From positions 1-56,702 of IMG/VR virus record IMGVR_UViG_3300035670_000255: 56,702 nt of DNA. One strand, given 5' to 3'. The translations under genes and the position numbers were made by a program. The stretch is from a virus. Lineage: Duplodnaviria > Caudoviricetes. Each line of letters opens with the position of its first letter. The first letter of the stretch is position 1. The notes under the pieces are model-generated. The model did not search any database and was not told the DNA's origin. It worked only from the letters and a program-made list of their open reading frames with translations. This document shows positions 26,367 to 37,900 of the stretch, piece after piece.

Positions 26367-28207
26367 ACCCATTAGACCAAAGAGTAACCATCTTCAAGAG
26401 TGTCTTCGAAGTTGGCGCACCATCCTACATCACTGTTCTTCAGGCTCTTGAGCGTATTAAGAGTGGGAAGCAAAGCGAGCGAGTAACCCTTATTAGAGAA
26501 GGAGAGCGAGAGCTCAAAACAAAGCTACCTGTAGTTCTTTGGTCTGGTGTATTTGAGTCACGCAACGACGATGCGCTAACCGAGCACAGCAGACTCATAG
26601 TCATTGACATTGACCACGTTACAACATTCTCAAGCGTAGAAGAAGTTAAGTCTGTTCTATGCCTTGACCAACACATTGTAGCCGTATGGGTAAGCCCATC
26701 TGGAGACGGAATCAAAGCACTGGTTAACATCACATTCCCAGAGCGCCACAGAGACCACTTTAGAGCCCTTGAGAAGTACTTTGAGACAAAGTATGGCTTG
26801 GTCATTGACCCATCGGGAAAGAATGAATCTAGGGCCTGCTTTGAGTCCTACGACCCTGACCTGTGCATCAAGACGGCTGTTCCTTTCTCCAACCTTCTGA
26901 CAGAAGAATACGAGCGTAAGAAGCAAGAGGTTACGCAGATGGAGAAGTCAACAGACTACCATCGCCTCAACATCGCAGCGCAGATGATTCGCAGAGCTCC
27001 AGACGGAGAGAAGCACAACACTTTACTTAGAGCTGCAATCCTTTGCGGTGGCTATATAGCCGCAGGAAGAATGGAAGAGGATGAGGTGTTCCGAGTTCTT
27101 CTTCGTGAGATTGAGCGCAGGGATGTGCACAGCCTTGACTCTGCCAAGAAGACAATCACCGACGGAATCGAAGAAGGCAAGCGCAAGCCCATCCACGAGA
27201 TTGTCAACGAAGAGGAGAAGGTAACCCGCAAGATGAAGCTCGAGGATGGCGATATGTCATTCATTGCACCTGATGATTCTGATGAGCGCTGGATTAACGA
27301 CTTCGCAGAAGGTCGAATTGAGCTTGGCCTTACCACTGGACACCCTGACATTGACAGACACTTCGTATACAAGAAGGACTTTACCATCATCAACGGACAC
27401 TCCAACATCGGTAAGACAACATTGGTGTTGCACCTTATGGTGAATGCGGCGATTCGCCACAACTGGAAGTGGATTGTATACTCAAGCGAGAGTAGGACAG
27501 CATCAATCAAGATGCGAATTATGCAGTACGCCTGCGATAGGAATATCAAGGATATGCCATACCTCACAAGGAAGAAAGCCTACGAGTGGGTGAAAGACCA
27601 CTTCATCTTCATCAACAACAACAAGGTGTTCTCATATATGGACATCCTGTTGTACTGCGAGAAGATTATGAACTACAAGAAGATAGATGGAATTCTGATT
27701 GACCCATACAACTCCCTACGTGTAGATATGTCACGCACATCAGGCGCTGGAGTACACGAGTACCACTACGATGCAGCATCAGAGTTCCTTACCTTCTCCA
27801 ACACCAACCAAGTAGCACTGTGGCTCAACACACACGCCATCACTGAAGCGGCACGCAGGAGAGGTGATGACGGACTACCTGTCGCACCGGGAGCAGAGGA
27901 CAGTGAACACGGAGGTAAGTGGGTCAACAGGGCCGATAACTTCCTAACGTTCCACAGAAAGATTCAGCACCAAGTGCCTCAGATGAAGCGCACTATGGAG
28001 TGGCACGTGAGAAAGATTCGTGAGACTGAAACAGGAGGAGACCCCACAACAGTGGACAGTCCAATCCTTCTTGAGATGAATCACGCACGCACTTCTTTCC
28101 GCACTCGCAATGGTCAATTGCTGTTCCCCCCACTTGGAACTCACTTGGGTCAAACAGAACTTGCGGGGCATATTCAATTAAATGGTGATTATAACACATC
28201 TTTTTGA
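26363..28207 (+). CDS. Primase-helicase (BT4734/VirE-N-like primase + DnaB/RecA-type helicase)
   Basis: K.KLP.V.WSG.F..R...LIVIDIDH...WVSPSGDGIKALV...D.SGKN.SR.CF.SYD; Walker A GHSNIGKT; Walker B ILIDPYN. Confidence 0.85.
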   Translation: MNPLDQRVTIFKSVFEVGAPSYITVLQALERIKSGKQSERVTLIREGERELKTKLPVVLWSGVFESRNDDALTEHSRLIVIDIDHVTTFSSVEEVKSVLCLDQHIVAVWVSPSGDGIKALVNITFPERHRDHFRALEKYFETKYGLVIDPSGKNESRACFESYDPDLCIKTAVPFSNLLTEEYERKKQEVTQMEKSTDYHRLNIAAQMIRRAPDGEKHNTLLRAAILCGGYIAAGRMEEDEVFRVLLREIERRDVHSLDSAKKTITDGIEEGKRKPIHEIVNEEEKVTRKMKLEDGDMSFIAPDDSDERWINDFAEGRIELGLTTGHPDIDRHFVYKKDFTIINGHSNIGKTTLVLHLMVNAAIRHNWKWIVYSSESRTASIKMRIMQYACDRNIKDMPYLTRKKAYEWVKDHFIFINNNKVFSYMDILLYCEKIMNYKKIDGILIDPYNSLRVDMSRTSGAGVHEYHYDAASEFLTFSNTNQVALWLNTHAITEAARRRGDDGLPVAPGAEDSEHGGKWVNRADNFLTFHRKIQHQVPQMKRTMEWHVRKIRETETGGDPTTVDSPILLEMNHARTSFRTRNGQLLFPPLGTHLGQTELAGHIQLNGDYNTSF

Positions 28208-28215
28208 TAAATTTG
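28208..28215 (+). promoter_or_regulatory. -7 box (TAAATTTG)
   Basis: Consensus match only 4 nt before the RusA ATG (possibly leaderless). Confidence 0.45.
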
Positions 28216-28219
28216 TTTA

Positions 28220-28789
28220 ATGCCCGATGATTATCAAGAGATTACAATTCCATTACCAAAGCCTCCTAGTCTTAACGCTCTCTATTCTGGGAAACATTGG
28301 AGCAATCGTTTCGGCGAGAAGTCTTCCTTTGGAAAACAAGTTAAAGAGACACTTAACTCCTACGACGCTTTTCACGCTGACAAGATTAGCATACATCTCA
28401 GGTACAATTGTAGGTTTGATGTTGATAATACCATTGTGGCTATTAAGTTTCTTGCGGACTATCTTAAGTCTCACGGCTACATTGATGACGATACTCCAAG
28501 GTATTTTACTGCAATTAGTTCAACATTTGATAATCACCTCGGAAAAGACGAGTTCGTAGCTAAGGTCTGCTGCTGGGGGTACAAACTAAGAGACAATGAC
28601 GGAGCAGAGGCTATCACAACAGTTCTTCCTAGCGGCGGAGATGATTCATCAGGCAACAACAAATCTGTTCGAACAACTGCACAACGGACAAGGAAGACCC
28701 CTGCACGACCGAGAGCAAGTAGAAAAAATCCTGCAAAAGTATCAAACAGCCCTAAGGGAAGAGCTAAGCGGAGTAAGGGAGGCAATTAA
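28220..28789 (+). CDS. rusA: RusA-like Holliday junction resolvase with overlapping basic C-terminal extension
   Basis: PPSLNALY...DVDN....KF..D.L...G.I.DD motifs. Confidence 0.75.
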   Translation: MPDDYQEITIPLPKPPSLNALYSGKHWSNRFGEKSSFGKQVKETLNSYDAFHADKISIHLRYNCRFDVDNTIVAIKFLADYLKSHGYIDDDTPRYFTAISSTFDNHLGKDEFVAKVCCWGYKLRDNDGAEAITTVLPSGGDDSSGNNKSVRTTAQRTRKTPARPRASRKNPAKVSNSPKGRAKRSKGGN

Positions 28790-28808
28790 GGAATACCACA
28801 AAGAATGA
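28596..28808 (+). CDS. Hypothetical helical protein overlapping the RusA tail
   Basis: Natural-looking helical sequence; ATGA coupling to the glycosyltransferase. Confidence 0.6.
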   Translation: MTEQRLSQQFFLAAEMIHQATTNLFEQLHNGQGRPLHDREQVEKILQKYQTALREELSGVREAIKEYHKE

Positions 28809-29767
28809 TAAATTTAATTCACATCGGAGACCTTGGTGGAATCAACTACCATAGGTTGATAGTCCCATTGCGCAGACTGCAATCACAGGGTGTTAATCTT
28901 CATTGGATTCAGTCACTTTCTGAACTCAAGGATATAAATCTTGATTTAGTAGATAACCTTATAGTTTCTAGAAAGGTTTCGGTAAACAATCACAAGGAGT
29001 TTAGCCGTATGCTAAAGAAGCACGGAGTACGCTTAATTCTTGATAACGATGACTACTGGGTGCTGAACCCAGAGAATCCAGCAAGAAAGTTATACGAGAC
29101 GTATTATGGACCAGACATTAAAAAGACAATCAAGATTGCTGATGTAATCTGGACTCCATCTACGTATTTAGCTAAACTGATGCAGGATGAGAATCCAAAA
29201 GCAACCATTGAATTTGTAAACAATGCAATCGACACTACAGAACAACAATGGGCCGAGCAATCCAAACGACGTTCTTCTACTGTTCGCTTTGGCTATGTTG
29301 GTGCTCTGGCTCATATACACGACGTCAAATCTATAGGATACGACTTCTCTAAAGTCTACACGTTTGGTGTGGAGGGGATGGAGTACGACGACATTTTAAA
29401 ATACGACAAGACATCGCCACCAAGAGATATTTGGAACTATGGAGAGCTGTATAAAGAGTTTGATGTTAGCCTTGTGCCGCTAGTAGGAAACAGATTTAAT
29501 TGGAGCAAGAGCGACCTTAAGATTACTGAGGCAGCAGCAACAAATACTGCTGTAATAGCCTCAAATACAAAGCCTTACAGTTCAACAATCATCCACGGAG
29601 AGACTGGTCTTCTAGCATCTAATCCAGAAGAATGGGCAGATTGTATTGAAATGATGGATAAAAAGCTAGCTAAGAAACTTGCAAGTAATCTGTATGAATC
29701 ATTGAAGGATTCGCCAGACCATAACCTCGATTTGGTAAACCAAAAGAGACTTAAATATTTAGTATGA
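28805..29767 (+). CDS. GT-B fold glycosyltransferase (GT4-like)
   Basis: YHRL..P...DNDDYW...ADVIWTPS..LA...DVSLVPL...FN..KSDLK..E......VIAS...PY...I..GETG.L. Confidence 0.85.
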   Translation: MINLIHIGDLGGINYHRLIVPLRRLQSQGVNLHWIQSLSELKDINLDLVDNLIVSRKVSVNNHKEFSRMLKKHGVRLILDNDDYWVLNPENPARKLYETYYGPDIKKTIKIADVIWTPSTYLAKLMQDENPKATIEFVNNAIDTTEQQWAEQSKRRSSTVRFGYVGALAHIHDVKSIGYDFSKVYTFGVEGMEYDDILKYDKTSPPRDIWNYGELYKEFDVSLVPLVGNRFNWSKSDLKITEAAATNTAVIASNTKPYSSTIIHGETGLLASNPEEWADCIEMMDKKLAKKLASNLYESLKDSPDHNLDLVNQKRLKYLV

Positions 29768-30330
29768 TTGATTTAGTTGTAGCCTCTTACAAGGAAGATG
29801 TTTCTTGGATAAGTAAAACAAATGCAAACGTATGCCTTTACGATAAAGGAGAAAGAGGCATTGGAATCCCATTAGAAAACATTGGTCGCGAGGCACATAC
29901 TTACGTCCACCACATTGTAGAAAACTACAAGAACCTACCAGAGTGGACAGCGTTTGTTCAGGGCAATCCGTTTGACCACGCACCACACGTTCTCACTCTA
30001 ATCAATGACTTCGAAAAGATTTCTGGAGACAACAAGAAGGAGAAGTTTTACTTTCTAGGAAGGTCAATTGTTCAGTGCGACATCAATGGACTTCCTCACC
30101 ACGGAGGTCTTGACTTGGCTGGATTCCAAATAGCGCTGTTCGATAAGATTGCACAGATGGATATGATGTTTGTAGCTGGAGCTCAGTTCATTGTGCATCG
30201 GGACCTTATCAAGAACAAGAAGCTAGCATTCTGGAAACGGATGCTCAAGACATTTGAGGGAGACAGCTATCCAGATGCCCCTTGGTGTGCCGAGCGCTTG
30301 TGGACCTACATCTTCAACTACCACAAGTAA
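29764..30330 (+). CDS. DUF3431 protein (putative GT-A-like glycosyltransferase)
   Basis: LVVASYKEDVSW...NIGREAHTY..HI..NY..LP....F.QG.PFDH...GAQF.V....I...ERLW..IF. Confidence 0.8.
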   Translation: MIDLVVASYKEDVSWISKTNANVCLYDKGERGIGIPLENIGREAHTYVHHIVENYKNLPEWTAFVQGNPFDHAPHVLTLINDFEKISGDNKKEKFYFLGRSIVQCDINGLPHHGGLDLAGFQIALFDKIAQMDMMFVAGAQFIVHRDLIKNKKLAFWKRMLKTFEGDSYPDAPWCAERLWTYIFNYHK

Positions 30331-31412
30331 TGTACGATTTTCTGATTGTAGGTGCAGGGCTGTACGGAAGCGTTTGTGCACGCGAGCTTACAGACAAAGG
30401 TTATAACGTTTTAGTTATAGACAAGCGCCCACACATTGGCGGCAACTGCTATACCTCACGTCAGAAGGGCATCGATGTCCACGTTTATGGTCCTCACATC
30501 TTCCACACATCCAACGAAGAGGTGTGGGAATACGTAAACAGATTTGCTAACTTTGAGCCGTACAAGTTTAGCCCAGTTGCCAACTACCTCGGCGAGCTGT
30601 TCTCTCTTCCGTTTAATCTTTGGACATTCAAGCAGGTTTACAACCTAAGCACACCCCAAGAGGTTAAGCAGAAGCTTGAGGAGATGAAAAAGTTCGACGA
30701 GCCAAAGAACCTTGAGGAGGTAGCCATCAACTCCATCGGTTGGCTGATGTACCAAAAATTGGTATACGGATACACCAAGAAGCAGTGGATGAGAGAGCCA
30801 AAGGAACTTCCTGCTGAAATCATCAAGCGACTTCCTGTACGTCTTACCTTCGACAACAACTACTTCAACGACAAGTATCAGGGCATACCTGTTGGCGGAT
30901 ACACCAGCATATTCGAACAGCTACTTGATGGCATCGAGCTCGAGCTTGGCGTAGACTTTAAGATGACCCACCACCGCATCAAGGCAAAGAACATCATCTA
31001 CACTGGTAAGATTGATGAGCTGTTCGACTATGATTACGGAGACCTTGACTACAGAAGCCTACGCTTTGAGCAGAAGACCTACCAGACCGACAACCATCAG
31101 GGCACTGCTGTGATAAACTACACCGACGACGTGACGAAGTTCACTCGTTCAATTGAGCACCGACACTTTGTTCGCAACGTAGACTCTGACGTTACGATTG
31201 TGACCAAAGAGTACCCATCGGAATACTTCCGAGGTGCCGAACCATACTACCCCGTTGACACTACACAAAACAGAATCAGGTACACCCAATACAAAGCAGC
31301 AGCAGACGCAGTTGATGGGCTACATCTTGGTGGACGATTGGCGGAGTACAAGTACTACGATATGCACCAAGTGATTGCTAGCGCTCTAGCTTTTTGTAAG
31401 AAGTGGGATTAA
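30330..31412 (+). CDS. glf: UDP-galactopyranose mutase
   Basis: MYDFLIVGAGLYG FAD motif, HIGGNCY, HVYGPHIFHT, YFNDKYQGIP, EPYYP, GRLAEYKYYDMHQVI; start moved to 30330 (TAATG coupling). Confidence 0.95.
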   Translation: MYDFLIVGAGLYGSVCARELTDKGYNVLVIDKRPHIGGNCYTSRQKGIDVHVYGPHIFHTSNEEVWEYVNRFANFEPYKFSPVANYLGELFSLPFNLWTFKQVYNLSTPQEVKQKLEEMKKFDEPKNLEEVAINSIGWLMYQKLVYGYTKKQWMREPKELPAEIIKRLPVRLTFDNNYFNDKYQGIPVGGYTSIFEQLLDGIELELGVDFKMTHHRIKAKNIIYTGKIDELFDYDYGDLDYRSLRFEQKTYQTDNHQGTAVINYTDDVTKFTRSIEHRHFVRNVDSDVTIVTKEYPSEYFRGAEPYYPVDTTQNRIRYTQYKAAADAVDGLHLGGRLAEYKYYDMHQVIASALAFCKKWD

Positions 31413-31528
31413 CCTTGACCTACGCTTAATTTAGCGTAATTCTTGCTGTTCTTGCTCTTAGAGTACTTAGTCTTAGCGTGAACACCGGGGCGCTTCCTGC
31501 GTGCTTTGCGCAAGAACGTAGCCTTCAT
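31409..31528 (-). CDS. 39-aa highly basic protein (not in ORF track)
   Basis: MKATFLRKARRKRPGVHAKTKYSKSKNSKNYAKLSVGQG; its stop overlaps the convergent glf stop (TTAA). Confidence 0.65.
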   Translation of the reverse strand: MKATFLRKARRKRPGVHAKTKYSKSKNSKNYAKLSVGQG

Positions 31529-31533
31529 TTCTT

Positions 31534-31980
31534 TTACCTTAGCCATCTAGTTACGTATCGAGTAGCCAAGATAAATAATAAAAGTGTTATAACAAGTATA
31601 AGCAGTGCGTCTTTTGCTTTGTCAAACCAACTTCTTGGACTTGGACGGAACTCAACAATAGGAACACGCACCTCTACGTCTCTTGTAATAGCGTAGGGCT
31701 TGACCTTTGTCTTTACAATGTACTTGTCTTGATACTTGATAATAGTTGTTTGAATAGTATCGTTCTCAACAACTACACTATCCTTCCCAGAAAAAGAAAC
31801 TGTATCCGCATATACAATCTCTTTTGTTACAACAGTGTCCGTTTTTACTATCACTCTTTCTTGTAGCAACGAAGGATTTAGCTGCGTTGCTCGATTCAAG
31901 TGCCAGTTCGCTCGCTTGTTGGCCGAGCACCCCACCATCAGAGTGCTCAGCAACAGGAAGACTATGCTCCATTTTTTCAT
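31534..31980 (-). CDS. Putative unimolecular spanin (lipoprotein with C-terminal TM)
   Basis: Signal peptide with lipobox MVGC; beta-rich DTV repeats; C-terminal hydrophobic helix followed by basic tail. Confidence 0.6.
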   Translation of the reverse strand: MKKWSIVFLLLSTLMVGCSANKRANWHLNRATQLNPSLLQERVIVKTDTVVTKEIVYADTVSFSGKDSVVVENDTIQTTIIKYQDKYIVKTKVKPYAITRDVEVRVPIVEFRPSPRSWFDKAKDALLILVITLLLFILATRYVTRWLR

Positions 31981-34900
31981 TGTTCTTTTTGTGTGTATAG
32001 CTTCCTGACAACAGCGTAGAACTCTTCGTTAGGACGGAATCCAACTCCTCTGAGGTCGCGCATAACATCGTTAAACTCCTCAGGCTCAAGCTTTCCGAAC
32101 TTCTCGTAGAAGACTCTTGCTGCCTCACTCTGCGTGTCTGCAAATCTAATACTCATCAGGCTCTTGTCGGCATCAGAAGAAGCTATAGTATAGAAATATT
32201 TACGTCCTAAACGCTCTCTCTTCTCTGGCTTGACATCAGACAGAATCTTACCCAACTCCTCTTGGTAGCGCTTGCCATTCTTGTCAAAGTGGCCTTGCTC
32301 CTTGTGCTTCTTAGCAAGAGCTTTAATCTTCTCGCTAATAATGAAGTCCTCAGTAGATTCTTCGAGTTTAATCTCCCGCTCTACGCCCTGCTTCTTAATG
32401 TAGTCTCTCCAATTAGGGTTGGTAGAACGAACAAAGACCTTCTGAGCATTCTCCTTGATGCCTTTGAGCTCACGAGCAACTCGGTCTTCAGCCTTCTCCT
32501 CACGTTGCTTCTCAGACAAGTCCACGTCCTGTACGTTCATCACATCCGTAGCGGCACGAGCAGCCAAGTCAAGAACACCATACGCTACGCCAACAAGGAA
32601 GTTGGTGGTAGGATTGGTGATGATTGACTCTACGCCAGCCTTCAAGCGTGGTGCTGAGATATCTGGAATGTACTCTGACTCAGATGCCTTAGCGATAGCC
32701 TTGTAGAAAAACTCCACCTTATCGCTAGCCCTGCTCTCAGCGTATGGCTTAACCTGTCCGAAGATGTACTCAGGGACGATGGTAGCGTTTCTAAACGAGT
32801 CGTAGTTGAAGACAGACTTGGCAATCACCGAAGCGACTGGTATTCTGTTCATTAGGTCAAACGACTTGTCAATGCCGGGCACGAAGAATGGAAGCCCGTC
32901 GGCAGCATTCTCCCAAGCAAGACGAATCTCATCTTCGCTAAACTTCTTCGGCTTGCCGTTGATGGTAGAAGCCCAAGACTGAGCCAGCATCTCCAAAGGC
33001 ACCGTCAGAGGAAGCAACGCTTGTGGCTTCTTCAGTCGGATGTACTTGCGGTTTCCGTTCTCATCCTTAGTTGGTAACAGAATAACGTGGTATCTGTAGC
33101 GCATATAAGGGTCGATGTCGTCATAGTCGTCTCCGTAAGTAAGGATGTTGTAGAACACAAGTCCCATAATACCAGTAGCGTACTGGAAGAACTTGGCCGC
33201 AAACTTCTCTGGGTTGTCCTTGATTCCGTTAAACGTAGACATCGTGGCTTGGAAGGCTACGTTGAGGTATGGTGCAATAGCATCAAGGTCCTTAGTTAGC
33301 TTACCACCCTTGCTGAAGTCAACGATGTTACGAGCCTCAGCAGCAGCCATAAACTTAATCTTTTCGATTCCGTCTTTGGTTTTAGCCAAGTCAGGGTACT
33401 GCTCCTTGAGGTTCTTAATCATACGGCTGTACACCGCCAATCGGATACCAATTTCAAAGGTCTCACCAGTAAAGGCGATGCCCTTAGCAACCTTATCCCA
33501 ACGCTTAGCTAGGGTATACTCGAGTTTGTTCTTGTACTTCTCACGGAATCGGTACTCAGGACGGAACTCTTGGCTCATAAACGACATACCGCCACCGTGG
33601 GCAAAGTAGTCACGAACAAGGTCTTGGTCTGTCGCCTTAGAGTAGATACCCGTAGCGTAGTCCTTAGCCATCTTCAGCAGTGCGATAGGTAGGAAGGAAT
33701 CCTTGCCGTACACACGTCCACGAGCCAACACAACAGCCAATGATTCAGGTACCACCAGACCGAAGCCGAAGGTGATGTTGTATCCAGTAGCGAAGATGCG
33801 AAGGATTGGAGCTCCAGAAAGGGCGGACAGCACCTTCTTAGTTCTACTGCCAGCACCGAAGTAGCTTCTGTTGGTGTCGTTCCATTGCTCCACGAGGTCG
33901 TTGCGCAACTGGAAAGCACGAGTCTTACCCTTCTCCTTGTAGAAGACGTTGGTAAAGCCCTTGTCGGCATTTGCTACACGAGCATTGCCGTACTGGTCTG
34001 TTGCTGTTCTTCCATCGGGGAGCTCAATGTAGTTGGCGTTACGAGCGAAGTCAGCAGTATCAGGAGTAATCTCTGAAGCAAGCTCTGCATTTGCAAGGTT
34101 CTGGAAGCGCTTAGCCTCTGCCGACTTGTAGGCAAGAGACAGCAACATACGAGAGTCCATAAGCAGGTTACCTTCGCTACCCTCTTGAATGGCCTTTAGT
34201 ACGTCCTGCTTAAGCCCAGTTCCAGCTCTTGCAAATACCTCATCGTCAAGGTCTTCGAAGATTTTCTCAATGAACTTACGTGGCTCGTAGTCATCCTTAG
34301 AGAAGCGCTCGTAGGTAGCCTCATCAATAAGACCATTAACCTCGTAGCTCTTTAGGATTCCACGGAACTCAGTGAAGTAAGCATCGGCACGCATATTCAG
34401 CTTACCGAACTGAGTGGCTCCAAGCTTACGCTCCATAGCGGTGATGGCTTGGATAGCCTGTTCTCCGTTGAGACCTTTCGGGTGCTTAGGACGCTCAGCG
34501 TAATCAGACGCAATCTCTTTGAGTTTATCGCGCTGCTCACGAATATTCATCTTATCGTTCTCAAGTTCGCTGATGAACTTCTTGTCTGGACTCTTTCTAC
34601 TTTTCTCGCCCTTAATGAGTTCATCAATAGCCTTGATGTCAATACGCATCTTCTCCTCGAACGCATCAAGGTTTACCTCAGCTGTCTCCTTGCGCTTGTC
34701 CCAGTTAGAATCAATCTGGATAACACGACGCATAAAGATGATTTGGTCAAGGGCCTCTACCTCACCACGAGACAAGTCCTTGTAGATTTTCTTCTCCGCA
34801 CGATTGAACAAGTCTGTTGCATTCGCTTGGGCACCAGCACGAAGAGACATAAGGTTCTCTACGTAGTCAAGACCACCATCTACAAGAGCGTCACGGATAT

Positions 34901-37900
34901 CTGCTTGACGGTCAAGCCAAGCATTTTTAGAGAGAACACCCTTCTGTACTGCATTGAACAGCTTCATACGCTCAGCGTACTCCTTGTCCGAATCGTAAGA
35001 TGCCTTAGCTACCTTCTCAAGAGCAGCGTCTTCTGCGCTTTCCTCCAAAGGAGACAGCTTGATACGCTTAGAGAATTGAACAGCTGACTTAGTGAACTGA
35101 GTGGGGCTGTTTAGGTTAGTGAAGATTTTAGGTATAAAGATTGTTTCGCCTCTCATGCCGTATGCATTAAACATACTTATGAACTCCTCAACGTACTCAT
35201 CTTCACTCATTCCGAGTTCGTCAGCCTTTTCCTCAATTTCTGGAAGCGTGATGACTTCACGTCCGCCAAAGTCTTGAAGAATGCGCTGTTCGATTTCTTC
35301 TGGCTCAAGGCTCTCACCTTCTGAATCCATAAGCGCAATGTACTTCTCGTACTGCTTATTTGGTATAGCGTAAAGCGTACCCAATGATGCATAGTGGTCA
35401 GACACAAGTGTCTCATCGTGAACCTTAAGGGCAAACTCACGACCAACCTTCTTGACGTAGGCCAAGTTGTTTAGAGCAATACGGCGTGCTCCATCGGTAC
35501 GCTCATCAAACTTGTGCGACTTCTCCTGAATGTCAAGGGCTGTCTTGTACTCCTTAGAGTCCTTGTCGGCAGCCTTTAGTATCTCATTGACCTTGTTAGA
35601 GAAAGCTTCATAAAGAGGGTGGCTCTTGTTTTCTCCAGCAGCATTGAACTCAAGCGCAGCATACTCGATGTCTGGGAATATTTTTGGAATAAGCTCCACT
35701 GTTCTAGCAAACACTGGGAACGCATTTAGATATGGCGGTACGTTTTGGTACTTAAATACATTAGACTCATATCCTACGGTAATATTGTTTGCTGTAGGGT
35801 TGTACGTCAAATTAAGAGTATAGGTGTCCTTGAGTCCTTTTTGCTTTAGATTGGTCTGTTTGCCAATACCAACTCCGCCATCAAACTCATCTGGCACAAC
35901 GTCAAGACCCATATAGTCTTTCGGGAACTGCCATACATAGTCGAATGAAAGGGTTCTGTCATAAAGCTTAGAGTCAGTCATCACCTTGCTGCCCATATCG
36001 GCAATGGTCATCTCAAGGTCAGCAATAGAAACAGCTCCCTTAGATTCGATTTCCTTCAGGCGCTTCTCGAGATTGTTTTCAGTATTGCTGGCTAGTTTGA
36101 TGTAATCATCAAGAACTGTTCTTGGCTCTGAGAAGAAATCATCTACAGATACTTCTTCGCTAACTTCAGCCTCAAATACCTTGTATCCGCCAAGACCATT
36201 AACTGGCTTTACCTTAAACACAGGCATAGAAGGCTGATAGCCAATCTCGTCAAGTATTGACTCAAGTGACTCTTTGAAGTCTGGGAATAAATTATCGGCA
36301 AGACCATCCATCATATAGTTGGGGTCCTTGAATGTCTTGATGGCAAGCTTGCCTACAACCATTTCAATATTTTCACTCAGGGCAGCTAATGCTTCATCCT
36401 GTTCCTCAGAGAGTGGGCTTCCAGTTCTTGCGTCGACTATTTCGCCTCCGTCAACTTTAAACTTGTGAAATGAATCATCGGTTGCTGATTCAACATCGCC
36501 TTTCTTGCGAACATAAAGGATACCTTCTTTAGAATCAGCCTCAATCTTATCAAGCAGTTCTTGACTAAGCTTGCTTACGATTGGCCTTTCCGTCTTAATA
36601 TATGTGTCAACATATTCTGAATTAGGAATAAGCGCGACTAGTTTTCCGAATATCGGATTATTCTTTAGTGTTGACTCAGTTTTTTTAATATTTAAAATCC
36701 CTATATTCGACATCCTAACGGCCAAGGATATATCGTTTATAGCGTTGGCTTTGAGTTGATTAAGAGCATCAATGCTCATCTCGAAAGAGCCATACTCGCC
36801 ATCATACCCACCCGGGTTGTAAGGAGAGCTAAACGCCTGATAAGTATACTCTTTACTGTCTAAAAAACTATGGAATATCTTAGCATAAAGAATAGCGTCT
36901 GGATTAAGAGTAATAGAGCCAGTCTTGAAAACAGTGGACTGTTCATCCATCACGTTGGCCATCTCTACAGCATCAGCAGAGTTTTCCTTGCTGTCAACCT
37001 TCGCCTTTAGTGAAGCGATGATGTTGTTCTTGGCCTCCTCAATTGTTTTCGCCTTGTAGTCACTGAACGCAGGAACCTCGCTAGCGCTCTTGAGCAAATT
37101 AGCAAAGTCATCAAGACGTGAGCCAACAGTAAACTCCTGAATGGTCAAAGGCGTAGGACGCAACTGTTCCTCCAGTTCTGGCTTAGCAGCATCAACAACC
37201 TGTTTGACAGAGTTAATCTCAGCTAAGTTATCATCGAAGTTGTCACGGATGTAAGTCTGGAACGCATCAGCCAAAGCCGTGTATGCAAGAGACTCACGAA
37301 TCTCCTTGTCGTTCAAATCAACAGTCTCGTAGACCTTCTTTCCCTTTGTCTTGCCAAACAGACCTTCTGCCTGAGCAATATCAAGCATCTGCTGGTACTC
37401 ATCAATTGCCATATTGACAATCGGGTCAGAGCCGCTCTTACCACGCACAATGCTTGACATAATCGTGTTGAAGGCATCAGCGCTGTTCTCCTTCAGCATC
37501 TCGATAAACACTGCGCTATATCCGTAGATTGATTGGTCTACGTTTCTTGCGGCAGCGTTGATTACGATGTACTTGTCGGACTTTAGGTCCTTAGGAATGT
37601 TGTAGCCTTTCTTGCGGAACCCTTCAACAGCATCAACTGGCATCATCTGGTCGGTAATCGTTCCAGTGCGCAAATCGGGGAAGTTAAAGAATCCAACCTT
37701 AGAGGCGTAGTTGAACTTCTTGTCGTTGACAACAACGAACGGAAGCTTCATCTTAACCGACAGCTTTTCAATCAGCGGCAAGACATTTGACAGGGCGGGG
37801 TTCAGGTTTTTGATTTCGGCAGCAGGAACAATGTCTTCGTTGATGTCGACACGAACCTCTGCGTCTTCCGACATAAAGCGTCGGATAATGTTTTGCTTCT

